Shown: positions 27,400 to 36,384 of the stretch, piece by piece
Layout: each line of letters starts with the position of its first letter
Numbering within the stretch: position 1 is the first letter of the stretch
Assembly (NCBI GenBank): GCA_039028615.1
Contig: JBCCHT010000001.1
Span: 576,001-640,000 of the forward strand
Source: Myxococcota bacterium
GTDB taxonomy: Bacteria; Myxococcota_A; Polyangia; Nannocystales; Nannocystaceae
Reading direction: 5' to 3'
DNA length: 64,000 nucleotides
Position numbers and translations under genes: made by a program
Notes under the pieces: model-generated
Told to the model about the DNA's origin: nothing
Seen by the model: the letters and a program-made list of their open reading frames with translations, nothing else
Databases searched by the model: none

Positions 27400-29088
27400 G
27401 TGAACACCCATGACAACGACCCGGCTGCGAAAGCGGACCGAGCCAGCGGCCTCGGTGCGCTTCGGTCACCGCGTCGTATCGTCATGGTGCTGTTGGTCGT
27501 GCTCATCGCGACATGGTCGGTCCGCGAGGTCTGGGCGCCGAGCCAACTCCACAGCGCGTCCCTGGGCGGTGGGTTCTTCGAGGAGCCCCCCGAAGACCCC
27601 ACTGGCGTGAGCATCACCGTCGACCGCTCGTTGGCGCGGACGATGCTGCCGGACGTCGCAGCGATGGACGACGAGTCGCTCAGCGTTCCGTACGGTCACA
27701 TCATCGCGAACATCGGCGAGGGCGACTTCGACTACACAGTGAGTACCGCCGATGAGGGCCGGCTGCCGCTCGTCATCGTTGGGCGGATGACCACCGAGCC
27801 CAACGACGACGACGACATCCCCGACACGATTCGACTGCGCGACCTCGAATCGCTCACGGCCAACCCCGGCGGCGTGGCCTTCGTGCCGTTCACGAGTCGG
27901 CCATGGCGCGACGATGTTGCCCGCTTGGCCAGCCTCGCGAGCGCCTGCCCCGATGCCGAGAGCATGCATGTGCAGCGTCGCGACGGGCAGCTGCAGATCA
28001 CCCTCGGCTCCTGCGAACTCGTGCATCCACGAGCGGGCACCACCGTGGCGTTCGCGGCCGGCCCCCGCTGGCTGAAGCTGACATCGCCCCAAAGACAATG
28101 GGAAGACGAGCGGGTCGCCAAGCCGACCGTCGCCGTGGTGACGTTGGTGCTGTGCCTGCTCGTCACGCTGCTGCTCGCGAGCTGGTTGGGCGCCGGACCC
28201 ACGCTGCTCATGGCAGCGCTCGGCGGCGCGTTGTCCCCCCTGCAGCCATGGCTCGGCGTGGTGTGGTGGATGGGCGGAGCGCTCATCGGGGCGGGGCACA
28301 GCGTGTGGCGGGGGGCTCGGACGCTCGGGCGAGCCCGTAGTGCCGCCATCGTCGCGGGACTGGTCGTCGTCGTCGCCATACTCGTCGCCCTGTCGAACGA
28401 CGAGGCCCCCGATCCGCCCACGGGCGAGTTCTGCCTCGTCACCGGCTACTCCACCGTGGACGGCGAGGGCATGCACAGCCAACACCGCCGACCGCTATCG
28501 GAGGAACTCGGCTCTGTGCCGGGCCCCTGCCACGGCGTCACCTCGGGGCACGGCTTCCGCAGCAAGACGCTGTGGCGAATCCGACGCTTCGCCTGCGGTC
28601 AGTCACCCGACACGCTGCTGCTGTTCTTCGGCGGCAACAACGACGACATCCTGTGGACTCAGAGCCCGGATAACTGGGCCACGATGGCGCTGGTGTGGCT
28701 GCGCTTCGGCGTGTCCGGGCAGCCCCGCGAGAACAACTGGGACGACCTGTTCAGCCGCACCATCTCGACCGGCGAAGCGGGGCTGCCCCAGCAAGAGGCG
28801 TTGATCCACGAGATCGCCACCTGTCGCGGGCGCGACCCGGCGACCTTCGTGTTCGTTCACCACTTCCTGCTCTTCGACCTCGAGGGCCTGCCGCAACGCC
28901 GCCAAACGATGCGTGAGGCCCGGGGTCAGGCCGTCCGAGACGCGGGTGGGATCTATGTCGACGCGTTCGAGCAGCTGGGAGCGGAGGCCTCGGTCACTTG
29001 GTTTTCGGACTTCGTGCACCTGTCTTCGATCGGGCACGCCCGCATGGGCCGGCTGCTCGCAGCCCATGTGCCGACACCGAAGCCGTAG
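27400..29088 (+). CDS. Membrane protein with C-terminal SGNH/GDSL-like domain
   Basis: Several TM helices; GYST (block I-like), GGNND (block III) and DFVHLS (DxxH). Confidence 0.65.
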   Translation: MNTHDNDPAAKADRASGLGALRSPRRIVMVLLVVLIATWSVREVWAPSQLHSASLGGGFFEEPPEDPTGVSITVDRSLARTMLPDVAAMDDESLSVPYGHIIANIGEGDFDYTVSTADEGRLPLVIVGRMTTEPNDDDDIPDTIRLRDLESLTANPGGVAFVPFTSRPWRDDVARLASLASACPDAESMHVQRRDGQLQITLGSCELVHPRAGTTVAFAAGPRWLKLTSPQRQWEDERVAKPTVAVVTLVLCLLVTLLLASWLGAGPTLLMAALGGALSPLQPWLGVVWWMGGALIGAGHSVWRGARTLGRARSAAIVAGLVVVVAILVALSNDEAPDPPTGEFCLVTGYSTVDGEGMHSQHRRPLSEELGSVPGPCHGVTSGHGFRSKTLWRIRRFACGQSPDTLLLFFGGNNDDILWTQSPDNWATMALVWLRFGVSGQPRENNWDDLFSRTISTGEAGLPQQEALIHEIATCRGRDPATFVFVHHFLLFDLEGLPQRRQTMREARGQAVRDAGGIYVDAFEQLGAEASVTWFSDFVHLSSIGHARMGRLLAAHVPTPKP

Positions 29089-29363
29089 AAGCCGCAGTCA
29101 CGCGGCGTCCTGGCGCTGACGCACCCGTCGCCGCGCCGGTTCACACCAGGACACGATCGGCCTTCGTCGGGACGCTGCTGACCACCGGTCGGCCTCGGCG
29201 CGGCGGGCTCGACCGAGCCGAGGGGTTATCCCCACGAAATTCATACAGAATGCGGCATCCCGCCCCCAGATCTGCGCCGAAAAATGTGAGATTTCCGGGT
29301 ACGCATGGGACACAGAACTGAGCCAGAATTGCGGTGCTAACGGTGTCCTATTTGGGGGTGAGC

Positions 29364-31124
29364 ATGATGATGAGCGAACGACGACGTCGACATTGGATTG
29401 GAGTAATCACGAGTACAGGGTGTGCAGCGGCACTCGGCGTGGCCGGCTGTGGTGACGACGGCGGCGGCCGAGACGACGACGGCAACGGACCCGGCGTGGT
29501 CTCCATCGGCGGTGCGACCGACAACGACGACAGCGCCACGGGCGACGACACGGCGGGCGACGAGACCTTCGGCGGTGACGTCGAAGTCCTGTTCCTCGAG
29601 GTGACGCCCGGCGAGACGGTGCTCGAGGTCGACCTGGGCACGCCCGCCAGCCAGCAGTTCCTCGTCAACGCGGTGCTCAGCGACGGCAGTGCGATCGACG
29701 TGACCGCCGACGCGACCTGGGCGGTCTCCGATCCGGTCGTCGGGGCGATGAACGGCAACACGCTCGAGATCCCGGCCTTCGTCGACGCGAGCTTCACGTC
29801 GGCCATCGTCACCGCGGGCGTCGGTAGCCGCACCGGTCAGGCTCAGATCACGATTGCGGCCTACGCCACCGCCGAAGACTTCTTCTTCGTGCTGCCCTTC
29901 AACGATCCGGCGGGCGAGCAGAGCAAGCCGCTGACCTTCAGCACGGAGGTCAAGAGCATGGACGTGTTCGTCAGCATGGACACGACGGGCTCGATGAGCG
30001 GTGCGGTCAACAACCTCCAGCAATCGATGGCCACGACCATCATCCCGGGCATCCAGGCGCTGGTCCCCGACACGCAGTTCGGCGGCGGCACCTTCGAGGA
30101 CTTCCCGGTCTCGCCCTATGGCGCGACGACCGACTCGCCCTTCGAGCTGTTCCAAGAGATCACGGGCGACATCATGGCGGTCCAGAACGCGGTGCTCAGC
30201 TTCTCGCTGGGCAGCGGCGCGGACGGGCCCGAGTCGGGCTACGAGGCGCTCTATCAGATCGCGACGGGTGAAGGCCTGAACTCGCCCGCGCCGACCAACG
30301 TGCCTCCCAACGCCTCGGGTATCGGCGGCGTGGGCTTCCGCGAGGGTGCGCTGCCCATCGTGGTGTCGGTGACCGACGCGGTCAGCCACGACACGGTGGA
30401 TGCCTCGTGCTCCCGGCTCTACGCGGGGGCGGTGGCCGGCGTGGCGCATAGCCAGCAAGAGGCCACGGACGCGCTCAACAACATCTGCGCCCGCGTCGTC
30501 CAGATCGCGCTGGCTCAGGGCACGTGCAGCGCTCTCGCCGACGGCATCGCGCTGGCGGAGGCCACCGGCTCCATCATCCCGCCCGAGGCATGGGACATCG
30601 GAGGTCGCCCCGCAGGGTGTGCGGCCGACCAGTGCTGCACCGGTCAGGCGGGCGCGGGCATGCCGACCAACGCGGACGGCTTGTGCCCCATGGCGTACCT
30701 CGCCCAGTCCAACGGCACGGGCGTCGACACCTCGTTTAGCTCGGCCATCCAGCTGCTGGCCGCCTACGGCTCGTTTGGGGTGACCTCGGTGGTGACCGGG
30801 GGCAACACCGACACCGAGGGCAACCCGCTGCCCGACGGCACCTCCACCGCGGACTTCATCAAGGGCGTCACACCCTCGAGCCACGGCCCGGTGCCGCTGC
30901 CCGGCGTGCCCGACCCGACCATCGGACCCGAGAGCTTCGAAAACGTCATCCCCGATACCGACGTCATCTTCGACGTGCGGGCGTTCAACGACTTCGTGGA
31001 GCAGGGCAACCAGCCGCGGCTGTTCACCGCGAACATCGAGGTGCTCGCCGACACCTGCGGCGAGCTCGACTCGCGCGAGGTGTTCATCCTGGTGCCGCCG
31101 GCCTCCCTGCCCCCGCCAGGCTAG
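29364..31124 (+). CDS. Lipoprotein with Ig-like and vWA domains
   Basis: VAGC lipobox; DVTADATW Big_2-like stretch; MIDAS-like DTTGSM, GADGPES, VTDA. Confidence 0.8.
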   Translation: MMMSERRRRHWIGVITSTGCAAALGVAGCGDDGGGRDDDGNGPGVVSIGGATDNDDSATGDDTAGDETFGGDVEVLFLEVTPGETVLEVDLGTPASQQFLVNAVLSDGSAIDVTADATWAVSDPVVGAMNGNTLEIPAFVDASFTSAIVTAGVGSRTGQAQITIAAYATAEDFFFVLPFNDPAGEQSKPLTFSTEVKSMDVFVSMDTTGSMSGAVNNLQQSMATTIIPGIQALVPDTQFGGGTFEDFPVSPYGATTDSPFELFQEITGDIMAVQNAVLSFSLGSGADGPESGYEALYQIATGEGLNSPAPTNVPPNASGIGGVGFREGALPIVVSVTDAVSHDTVDASCSRLYAGAVAGVAHSQQEATDALNNICARVVQIALAQGTCSALADGIALAEATGSIIPPEAWDIGGRPAGCAADQCCTGQAGAGMPTNADGLCPMAYLAQSNGTGVDTSFSSAIQLLAAYGSFGVTSVVTGGNTDTEGNPLPDGTSTADFIKGVTPSSHGPVPLPGVPDPTIGPESFENVIPDTDVIFDVRAFNDFVEQGNQPRLFTANIEVLADTCGELDSREVFILVPPASLPPPG

Positions 31125-31126
31125 GA

Positions 31127-31153
31127 CCCGCTCGTCCCCAGGGACGAGACGGG
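31127..31153. terminator. Hairpin between convergent genes
   Basis: cccg-ctcgtccc-ca-gggacgag-a-cggg. Confidence 0.45.
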
Positions 31154-31171
31154 CTCACGAGGGCGACCGCG

Positions 31172-32074
31172 TCAGCCCTCGTGGGCCCAGCCGAGCTTGT
31201 GCCGCAGGACCTCGAACACCGAGGCCGAAGGCGGCACGAGCTTGAGCGAGCGCTCGGCTCGGCTCACCGTGATCTCGTCGCCCACGTCGATGAGCGAGCC
31301 CCACAGCCCATCCACCGACAGCGTGGCCGTGCCCGCGTCGCTCGGGCCGCTGTAGACGATGCCGATGGGCTCGTGCGCCGAGGTCACCACCGGGCGGTGC
31401 GTGAGGCTGTGCGGGCAGATCGGCGTGATGGTGAAGGCATCGGTCCCCGCGTTGACGATGGGCCCGCCCGCCGCGAGGTTGTAGGCCGTCGAGCCCATCG
31501 GGGTGCAGACCAGCAAGCCGTCGGCGCGGTAGCGAGCCATCGGCACGCCGCCGACGATGGTGCTCAGCTCGATCATCCGCGGCATCTCACCGTGCTTGAG
31601 GTAGACGTCGTTGCTCGCGGTGCAGTCCCAGGGACCGTTCTTGCGCTGCACCACCACCTGCATGCGCTGCCGGGGAATCCAGCCGAGCTTGCCCCCCAGC
31701 GCGGCATCGAGCGCCTCGTCGAGCTGCCCCGCACCGTAGGCAGCGAGGAAGCCGAGCGTGCCCAGGTTGATGCCCATCAGCGGCACGTCGCGATCGGCCG
31801 CGAGGCGAGCCGCCCGTAACAAGGTCCCGTCGCCACCGAGCGCGATGACGAGGCTGAGCTCACTGGTCCCCTCGTCGTCGTCCGCCTCGAGCACCTCGCA
31901 GCCGGCCGGAACGCGAGCGCCCATGTGTCCCGCGAGCTCGCGGGACAGCACGACACCGACTCCGGCTTCGCGTAGGCGGCTGGCGGAATCGACCGCAGCG
32001 TTCGTCGCCGTCTCGCCCTCTCGGACGATCAGGCGCACCCTACGAACCTCGCCAATGGGATTGCGCGCGATCAC
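31172..32074 (-). CDS. nadK: NAD(+) kinase
   Basis: LGGDGTLL, GINLGTLGFL, ND, ADGLLVCTPMGSTAYNLAAGGP, PICPHSL. Confidence 0.95.
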   Translation of the reverse strand: MIARNPIGEVRRVRLIVREGETATNAAVDSASRLREAGVGVVLSRELAGHMGARVPAGCEVLEADDDEGTSELSLVIALGGDGTLLRAARLAADRDVPLMGINLGTLGFLAAYGAGQLDEALDAALGGKLGWIPRQRMQVVVQRKNGPWDCTASNDVYLKHGEMPRMIELSTIVGGVPMARYRADGLLVCTPMGSTAYNLAAGGPIVNAGTDAFTITPICPHSLTHRPVVTSAHEPIGIVYSGPSDAGTATLSVDGLWGSLIDVGDEITVSRAERSLKLVPPSASVFEVLRHKLGWAHEG

Positions 32075-32126
32075 GGTAGCGGGGCGGAAAACGGGAAGAG
32101 GGTTCTCGAGGACGACGGAGCGGGAC

Positions 32127-33131
32127 TCAGTCCTCGGGTCGGTAGAGGTAGCCTTGGTGCTGATAGAGGCAGACGAAGCCGCCGCCCTCGCCTCGCGCTC
32201 GATCGAGCGCGGCGTCGACCAGCTGCAGGAGGTCTTGGAGCGAGTGCGTGTCTTTGTTCGGGAAGAACGACACGCCGACGCTCACCGACGGACGCAGATC
32301 GGGCAGCTCGGCCACCCGGATCTTGCGAACGTCTCGGGCCACCCGCTCCGCCACCGCCAAGGCGCCGGGGAAGTGGGTATTGGGCAGCACCAGGATGTAG
32401 CCGCGCTCGTCGGCGCGATAGACCAGGTCGATCTTGCGCACGCTGCTGTCGATGACTTCGCGCAGCGCGGCGATGAGCTCGGTGGTGGTCTCGGCCGACG
32501 CTCCCTGGCTCACCTGGTCGTAGCGATCGATCTCGACCCGCAGGCAGGTCAGCGGATCGCTGTAGCGCTCGGCTCGGTCGAACTCTTCTTCGAGGCGACG
32601 GCGGAACGCAGGATCGTTGCGATCGATCTCGCCCCGCGGGCTGGCGTCCCCCGTGGCTCCAGAGCGGGCCCCCGCGGCCGCGGCCTGAACGGGCGAGGCA
32701 CTCGCGGCCGAGTCGGTCCCCGTGCTCGCCACCACCCGACGCGTGCGCAGCAACGCTTCGACGCGGGCTCGCAGCTCGTCGGCGTCGTAGGGCTTGCCGA
32801 GATAGTCGTCCGCCCCCGATCGGAGCCCCTCGACCCGGGCGTTGACCGAGTTGCGAGTGCTCACCATGATCACGGGGAGATACGTGGACTGAGTCTTGGC
32901 CTTGAGGATGCGACACGTCTCGAGCCCGGTGAGGCGAGGCATGACGACATCGAGCAAGACGAGATCGGGTCGCTCACGCGCAAACACTTCGAGCGCGTGC
33001 TGACCGTCGAGAGCTTCGACGACCTCATAGCCGGCCTCCGAGAGCGCTTGGCGCGCGGACGCTCGTTCGGCGTCGGAATCATCGGCAACCAGGACCTTGG
33101 CCGGTACAGTCTGCGGTGGAGACGCGTTCAC
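32127..33131 (-). CDS. Response regulator with degenerate GGDEF domain
   Basis: REC: VLVADD, LLDVVMP, GADDYLGKP. Output domain in GGDEF fold with RKID-LVYR-A-DERGY in place of RxxD-xxxR-x-GGDEF. Confidence 0.85.
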   Translation of the reverse strand: MNASPPQTVPAKVLVADDSDAERASARQALSEAGYEVVEALDGQHALEVFARERPDLVLLDVVMPRLTGLETCRILKAKTQSTYLPVIMVSTRNSVNARVEGLRSGADDYLGKPYDADELRARVEALLRTRRVVASTGTDSAASASPVQAAAAGARSGATGDASPRGEIDRNDPAFRRRLEEEFDRAERYSDPLTCLRVEIDRYDQVSQGASAETTTELIAALREVIDSSVRKIDLVYRADERGYILVLPNTHFPGALAVAERVARDVRKIRVAELPDLRPSVSVGVSFFPNKDTHSLQDLLQLVDAALDRARGEGGGFVCLYQHQGYLYRPED

Positions 33132-33291
33132 GTGTCTGCCGTAGTATGCCCGTTGTCAGCGCCCAGGGGCAGGCACGGCGCGAAGGCGCCTCACGGGCCA
33201 GGATGGGGCGCAGCGGGGCCGCCGCATGCGCAGCCCCACGGGGCAACCGGACGGCAGCAGCGGGGCCTGAATGGGCTCCAGGGGGACCGGC

Positions 33292-33321
33292 TTGACACAC
33301 CATGGGGCCTGGCGTAAGGCT
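33292..33321 (+). promoter_or_regulatory. Putative sigma70-type promoter of rplM-rpsI
   Basis: TTGACA (33292-33297), 17-nt spacer, TAAGGC(T); only about 10 nt before the ATG and no SD visible. Confidence 0.55.
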
Positions 33322-33330
33322 CCCGCCCCC

Positions 33331-33765
33331 ATGGCCACGTCGTACCCAAAGCCCGCCGAAATTGACCGGCAGTGGTGGGTTGTCGATCTCGCGGGAGCCA
33401 CGCTTGGTCGTGCTGCTACCCAGATCGCCACGCTGCTCCGAGGCAAGCACAAGCCCATCTTCACTCCGCACCTGGACGCCGGCGATTTCGTGGTGGTGGT
33501 CAACGCCGACAAGGTCAAGCTGAGCGGCCGCAAGCTCGACCAGAAGGAATACCACCGCTTTACCGGCTTCATCGGCAACATGAAGCACATGACCGCGCGC
33601 GAGCTCCTCGAGAAGAAGCCCGAGGAGATCATCAAGCAGGCGGTTCGTCGCATGCTTCCCCGCAACTCGCTGGGCCGCACCACCTTCAAGAAGCTCAAGG
33701 TCTACGCGGGCGAAGATCACCCGCACAAGGCCCAGAACCCGCAGACCTACGAGCTGCGATCCTGA
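33331..33765 (+). CDS. rplM: 50S ribosomal protein L13
   Basis: WWVVD..LGR.A...[41 protein letters not shown]. Confidence 0.99.
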   Translation: MATSYPKPAEIDRQWWVVDLAGATLGRAATQIATLLRGKHKPIFTPHLDAGDFVVVVNADKVKLSGRKLDQKEYHRFTGFIGNMKHMTARELLEKKPEEIIKQAVRRMLPRNSLGRTTFKKLKVYAGEDHPHKAQNPQTYELRS

Positions 33766-33781
33766 GATCCGGACGTACCCG

Positions 33782-34180
33782 ATGGCCACCGATACGATGA
33801 AGTTCTACGCGACGGGACGCCGCAAGACGGCGGTTGCTCGCATTTGGATGTTTGGCGGTGAAGGCAACATCACCATCAACAAACGCGATGCCGAGCAGTA
33901 CCTCACTCGCGCCACGAACCTGAAGATCGTCGAGCAGCCGCTGATCTCGACCGGCGCGTCCGACAAGTACGACGTGTGGTGCACCGCCCGTGGTGGTGGT
34001 CTGTCGGGCCAGGCGGGTGCCATCCGCTTGGGCATCGCCCGCGCCCTCCTTCGCGTGAGCGAGGAGTACCGTGAGGCCCTCAAGGGCTCCGGCTACCTCA
34101 CCCGCGACGCTCGCAAGAAAGAGCGCAAGAAGTACGGCCGCAAGGGCGCTCGCGCTCGCTTCCAGTTCAGCAAGCGATAG
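33782..34180 (+). CDS. rpsI: 30S ribosomal protein S9
   Basis: ATGRRKTAVAR, GGGLSGQAGAIRLGIARAL, LTRDAR..ERKKYG..QFSKR. Confidence 0.99.
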   Translation: MATDTMKFYATGRRKTAVARIWMFGGEGNITINKRDAEQYLTRATNLKIVEQPLISTGASDKYDVWCTARGGGLSGQAGAIRLGIARALLRVSEEYREALKGSGYLTRDARKKERKKYGRKGARARFQFSKR

Positions 34181-34209
34181 TCGGCTCGCCTCGCATCGAG
34201 GCAGCGAAC

Positions 34210-34247
34210 AAAGAGCGTGGCTCTCCGGTCGGAGGCCACGCTCTTTT
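34210..34247 (+). terminator. Intrinsic terminator after rpsI
   Basis: aaagagcgtggc..gccacgctcttt 12-bp stem extended by ctcc/ggag, ending in a T run. Confidence 0.85.
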
Positions 34248-34360
34248 GCGTGGGGCGGCCCGTGGGCCTCGCACTCCGGCCTCGGAGCGGATCATGCGCC
34301 GGAGCAAAACATGTCAGAAGGGTGCGATCTTCACGCGCATCCTGGTAGTCTTTGTCAGGA

Positions 34361-36319
34361 ATGCAAGCTTGGAGGGGTTTCGTTACGGCGCTGGTCCTGA
34401 CCGCGCTCGCCGGATGTGGCCGCACCGATTTCACCGTGTCCGTGAGCGGAGGCGGCGATGGAGGCACGACCGGGAGTCCTTCGGGGGCCGACGAGACGCT
34501 GACCGAGGGCGCCCCCGTGACCACCGTCCCGCCTCCGACGGCGACGGTCACCATCGGGGACACGGAGACCGAGGGGCTGCCGCCCGATCCCCCTCCCCCG
34601 CCACCCGCCTGCACGATCGATCTCGAGTGCGACACGCCCGATCCCTGCCTGGTCGGCCGCTGTGAAGGGGGTCTGTGCGTCGAGATCCCGCGCGATCTCG
34701 ACGACGACGGCTTCCCGCCCCTGCAGTGCGGCGGCAACGACTGCAACGATCTCAACCCCAATACCTTCCCCGGGGCGACCGAGGACTGCTTCGACGGCGA
34801 CGACAACGACTGCAACGGCGTCGCCGACTGCTTCGACCCCGCCTGCGACGGCGTGCCCGACTGCGGCTGTACGCCCTCTCCCGGCGGCGAGAGCTGCCAA
34901 AACGGGGACGACGACGACTGCGACACCTTCGTCGACTGCAACGATCCCGACTGCATCGGCACCCCGGCGTGCGGCTGCGCGGCGGCGGAAGGGGGCCTGT
35001 GCGTCAACGGCTTCGACGACGACTGCGACGGCGCGATCGACTGTGATGATCCCGACTGCCTGGGCGATCCCACCTGCACGTGCATGGGCGAGGACGAGGT
35101 CTGCGAGGACGGCACGGACAACGACTGCGATCTCCTCGTCGACTGTGCCGATCCCGACTGCGAGGGCATCTTCCCCTGCACCTGCCTGGGCCCACCCACG
35201 GCCGAGATCTGCGACGACGGGATCGACAACGACTGCGACGAGCTCGTCGACTGTGCGGACACCGACTGCCTGCTGTCGGGGGCCTGCGACATGTGCTCGC
35301 CCGAGCAGTGCGCCAACGGGACCGACGACGACTGCGATGGGCTGATCGACTGCGCCGACGATGCCTGCATCTTCGACCCGGGCTGCGCCCCGACCCCCGA
35401 GATCTGCAACAACGGCCTCGACGACGATTTCGACGGGGCGATCGACTGTGATGATTCCGACTGCGTCGCGGTGCCGATCTGCAGCCAGAGCCAGTCCACC
35501 TGCGAGACGGCGGCGTCGATCTTCGGCAGCGGCACCTTCTTCGGCGAGACCACGGGCAACCCCAACAACACCGAGGGCACCTGTGGCGGCGGCGCGGGCG
35601 AGGCCGTGTTCCGGCTCGTCATCAACGAGCCGTCGCTGGTGGTGCTGACCTCGATCGGCACCGCCTTCGACTCGGTGCTCTACGTGCGGCGCGGCTCCTG
35701 TGCCCAGGGGCAGGAGATCGCCTGCGACGACGACAGCGGCGGCATGTGGGCGGCCTTCATCGAGTTCACCCTGCTGCAGCCGGGCAACTACTACGTGTTC
35801 CTCGATGGCTACACCATCGACCCGCTCGGCGGCCCCAACGAGGGTCCGTGGCAGTTCAACGTGGAGATCACGCCGAACCCGCCCGAGATCTGCGACGACG
35901 TCATCGACAACGACGGCGACATCTATGCCGACTGCGGCGACCCGGATTGCGTAGACGCACCCAACTGCGCCGGGTGTGTGGGCGGGGCCGATCCCACCGC
36001 CGAGTTCGGCACCGGTCGCTGCACCGATGGCATCGACAACGACTGCGACGGGACCATCGACTGCGAGGACGAGGACTGCAGCGCGAGTGACTTCTACCTC
36101 ACGGAGTGCTGCAACGCGTTCGACGACAACGGCAACGGGGTCCCCGACGACTTCAACTGTCGCTGCAACAACGACTCCGAGTGCGACGGGGGCCAGATCT
36201 GCTACGGCCACACGTCCAACACCTGCGGACTGCCCTGCAACGCGTTCTTCGGCAACATCTGCCCCTTCGTGGCGGCCGGCTCCGTGTGCAACGCGGCCAC
36301 CGAACAGTGCGAGTTCTAA
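34361..36319 (+). CDS. Cys/Asp-rich repeat lipoprotein (putative metal-binding repeats plus a PPC-like beta domain)
   Basis: LAGC lipobox; many E-x-C-x-[DN]-G-x-D-[ND]-D-C-D-x-x-x-D-C-x-D-P-D-C units; DSVLYVR..EIACDDD segment. Confidence 0.85.
   Translation: MQAWRGFVTALVLTALAGCGRTDFTVSVSGGGDGGTTGSPSGADETLTEGAPVTTVPPPTATVTIGDTETEGLPPDPPPPPPACTIDLECDTPDPCLVGRCEGGLCVEIPRDLDDDGFPPLQCGGNDCNDLNPNTFPGATEDCFDGDDNDCNGVADCFDPACDGVPDCGCTPSPGGESCQNGDDDDCDTFVDCNDPDCIGTPACGCAAAEGGLCVNGFDDDCDGAIDCDDPDCLGDPTCTCMGEDEVCEDGTDNDCDLLVDCADPDCEGIFPCTCLGPPTAEICDDGIDNDCDELVDCADTDCLLSGACDMCSPEQCANGTDDDCDGLIDCADDACIFDPGCAPTPEICNNGLDDDFDGAIDCDDSDCVAVPICSQSQSTCETAASIFGSGTFFGETTGNPNNTEGTCGGGAGEAVFRLVINEPSLVVLTSIGTAFDSVLYVRRGSCAQGQEIACDDDSGGMWAAFIEFTLLQPGNYYVFLDGYTIDPLGGPNEGPWQFNVEITPNPPEICDDVIDNDGDIYADCGDPDCVDAPNCAGCVGGADPTAEFGTGRCTDGIDNDCDGTIDCEDEDCSASDFYLTECCNAFDDNGNGVPDDFNCRCNNDSECDGGQICYGHTSNTCGLPCNAFFGNICPFVAAGSVCNAATEQCEF
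34780..36080 (+). repeat. Intragenic DNDCD-type repeats (about 9 units)
   Basis: Recurring gacaacgactgcgac..gactg units encoding DNDCDxxxDCxDPDC. Confidence 0.8.
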
Positions 36320-36384
36320 CGGACGGGCGCCCCGGCCCCGCTCGCGGCTGACACACAGGCCCGGCCCCGATACCCTCGCGCCGC

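Noticed and set aside
34780..36080. Regularly spaced repeats that might look like a CRISPR array
   Set aside because: Degenerate, in-frame protein repeats inside a CDS; no identical direct repeats and no cas genes.
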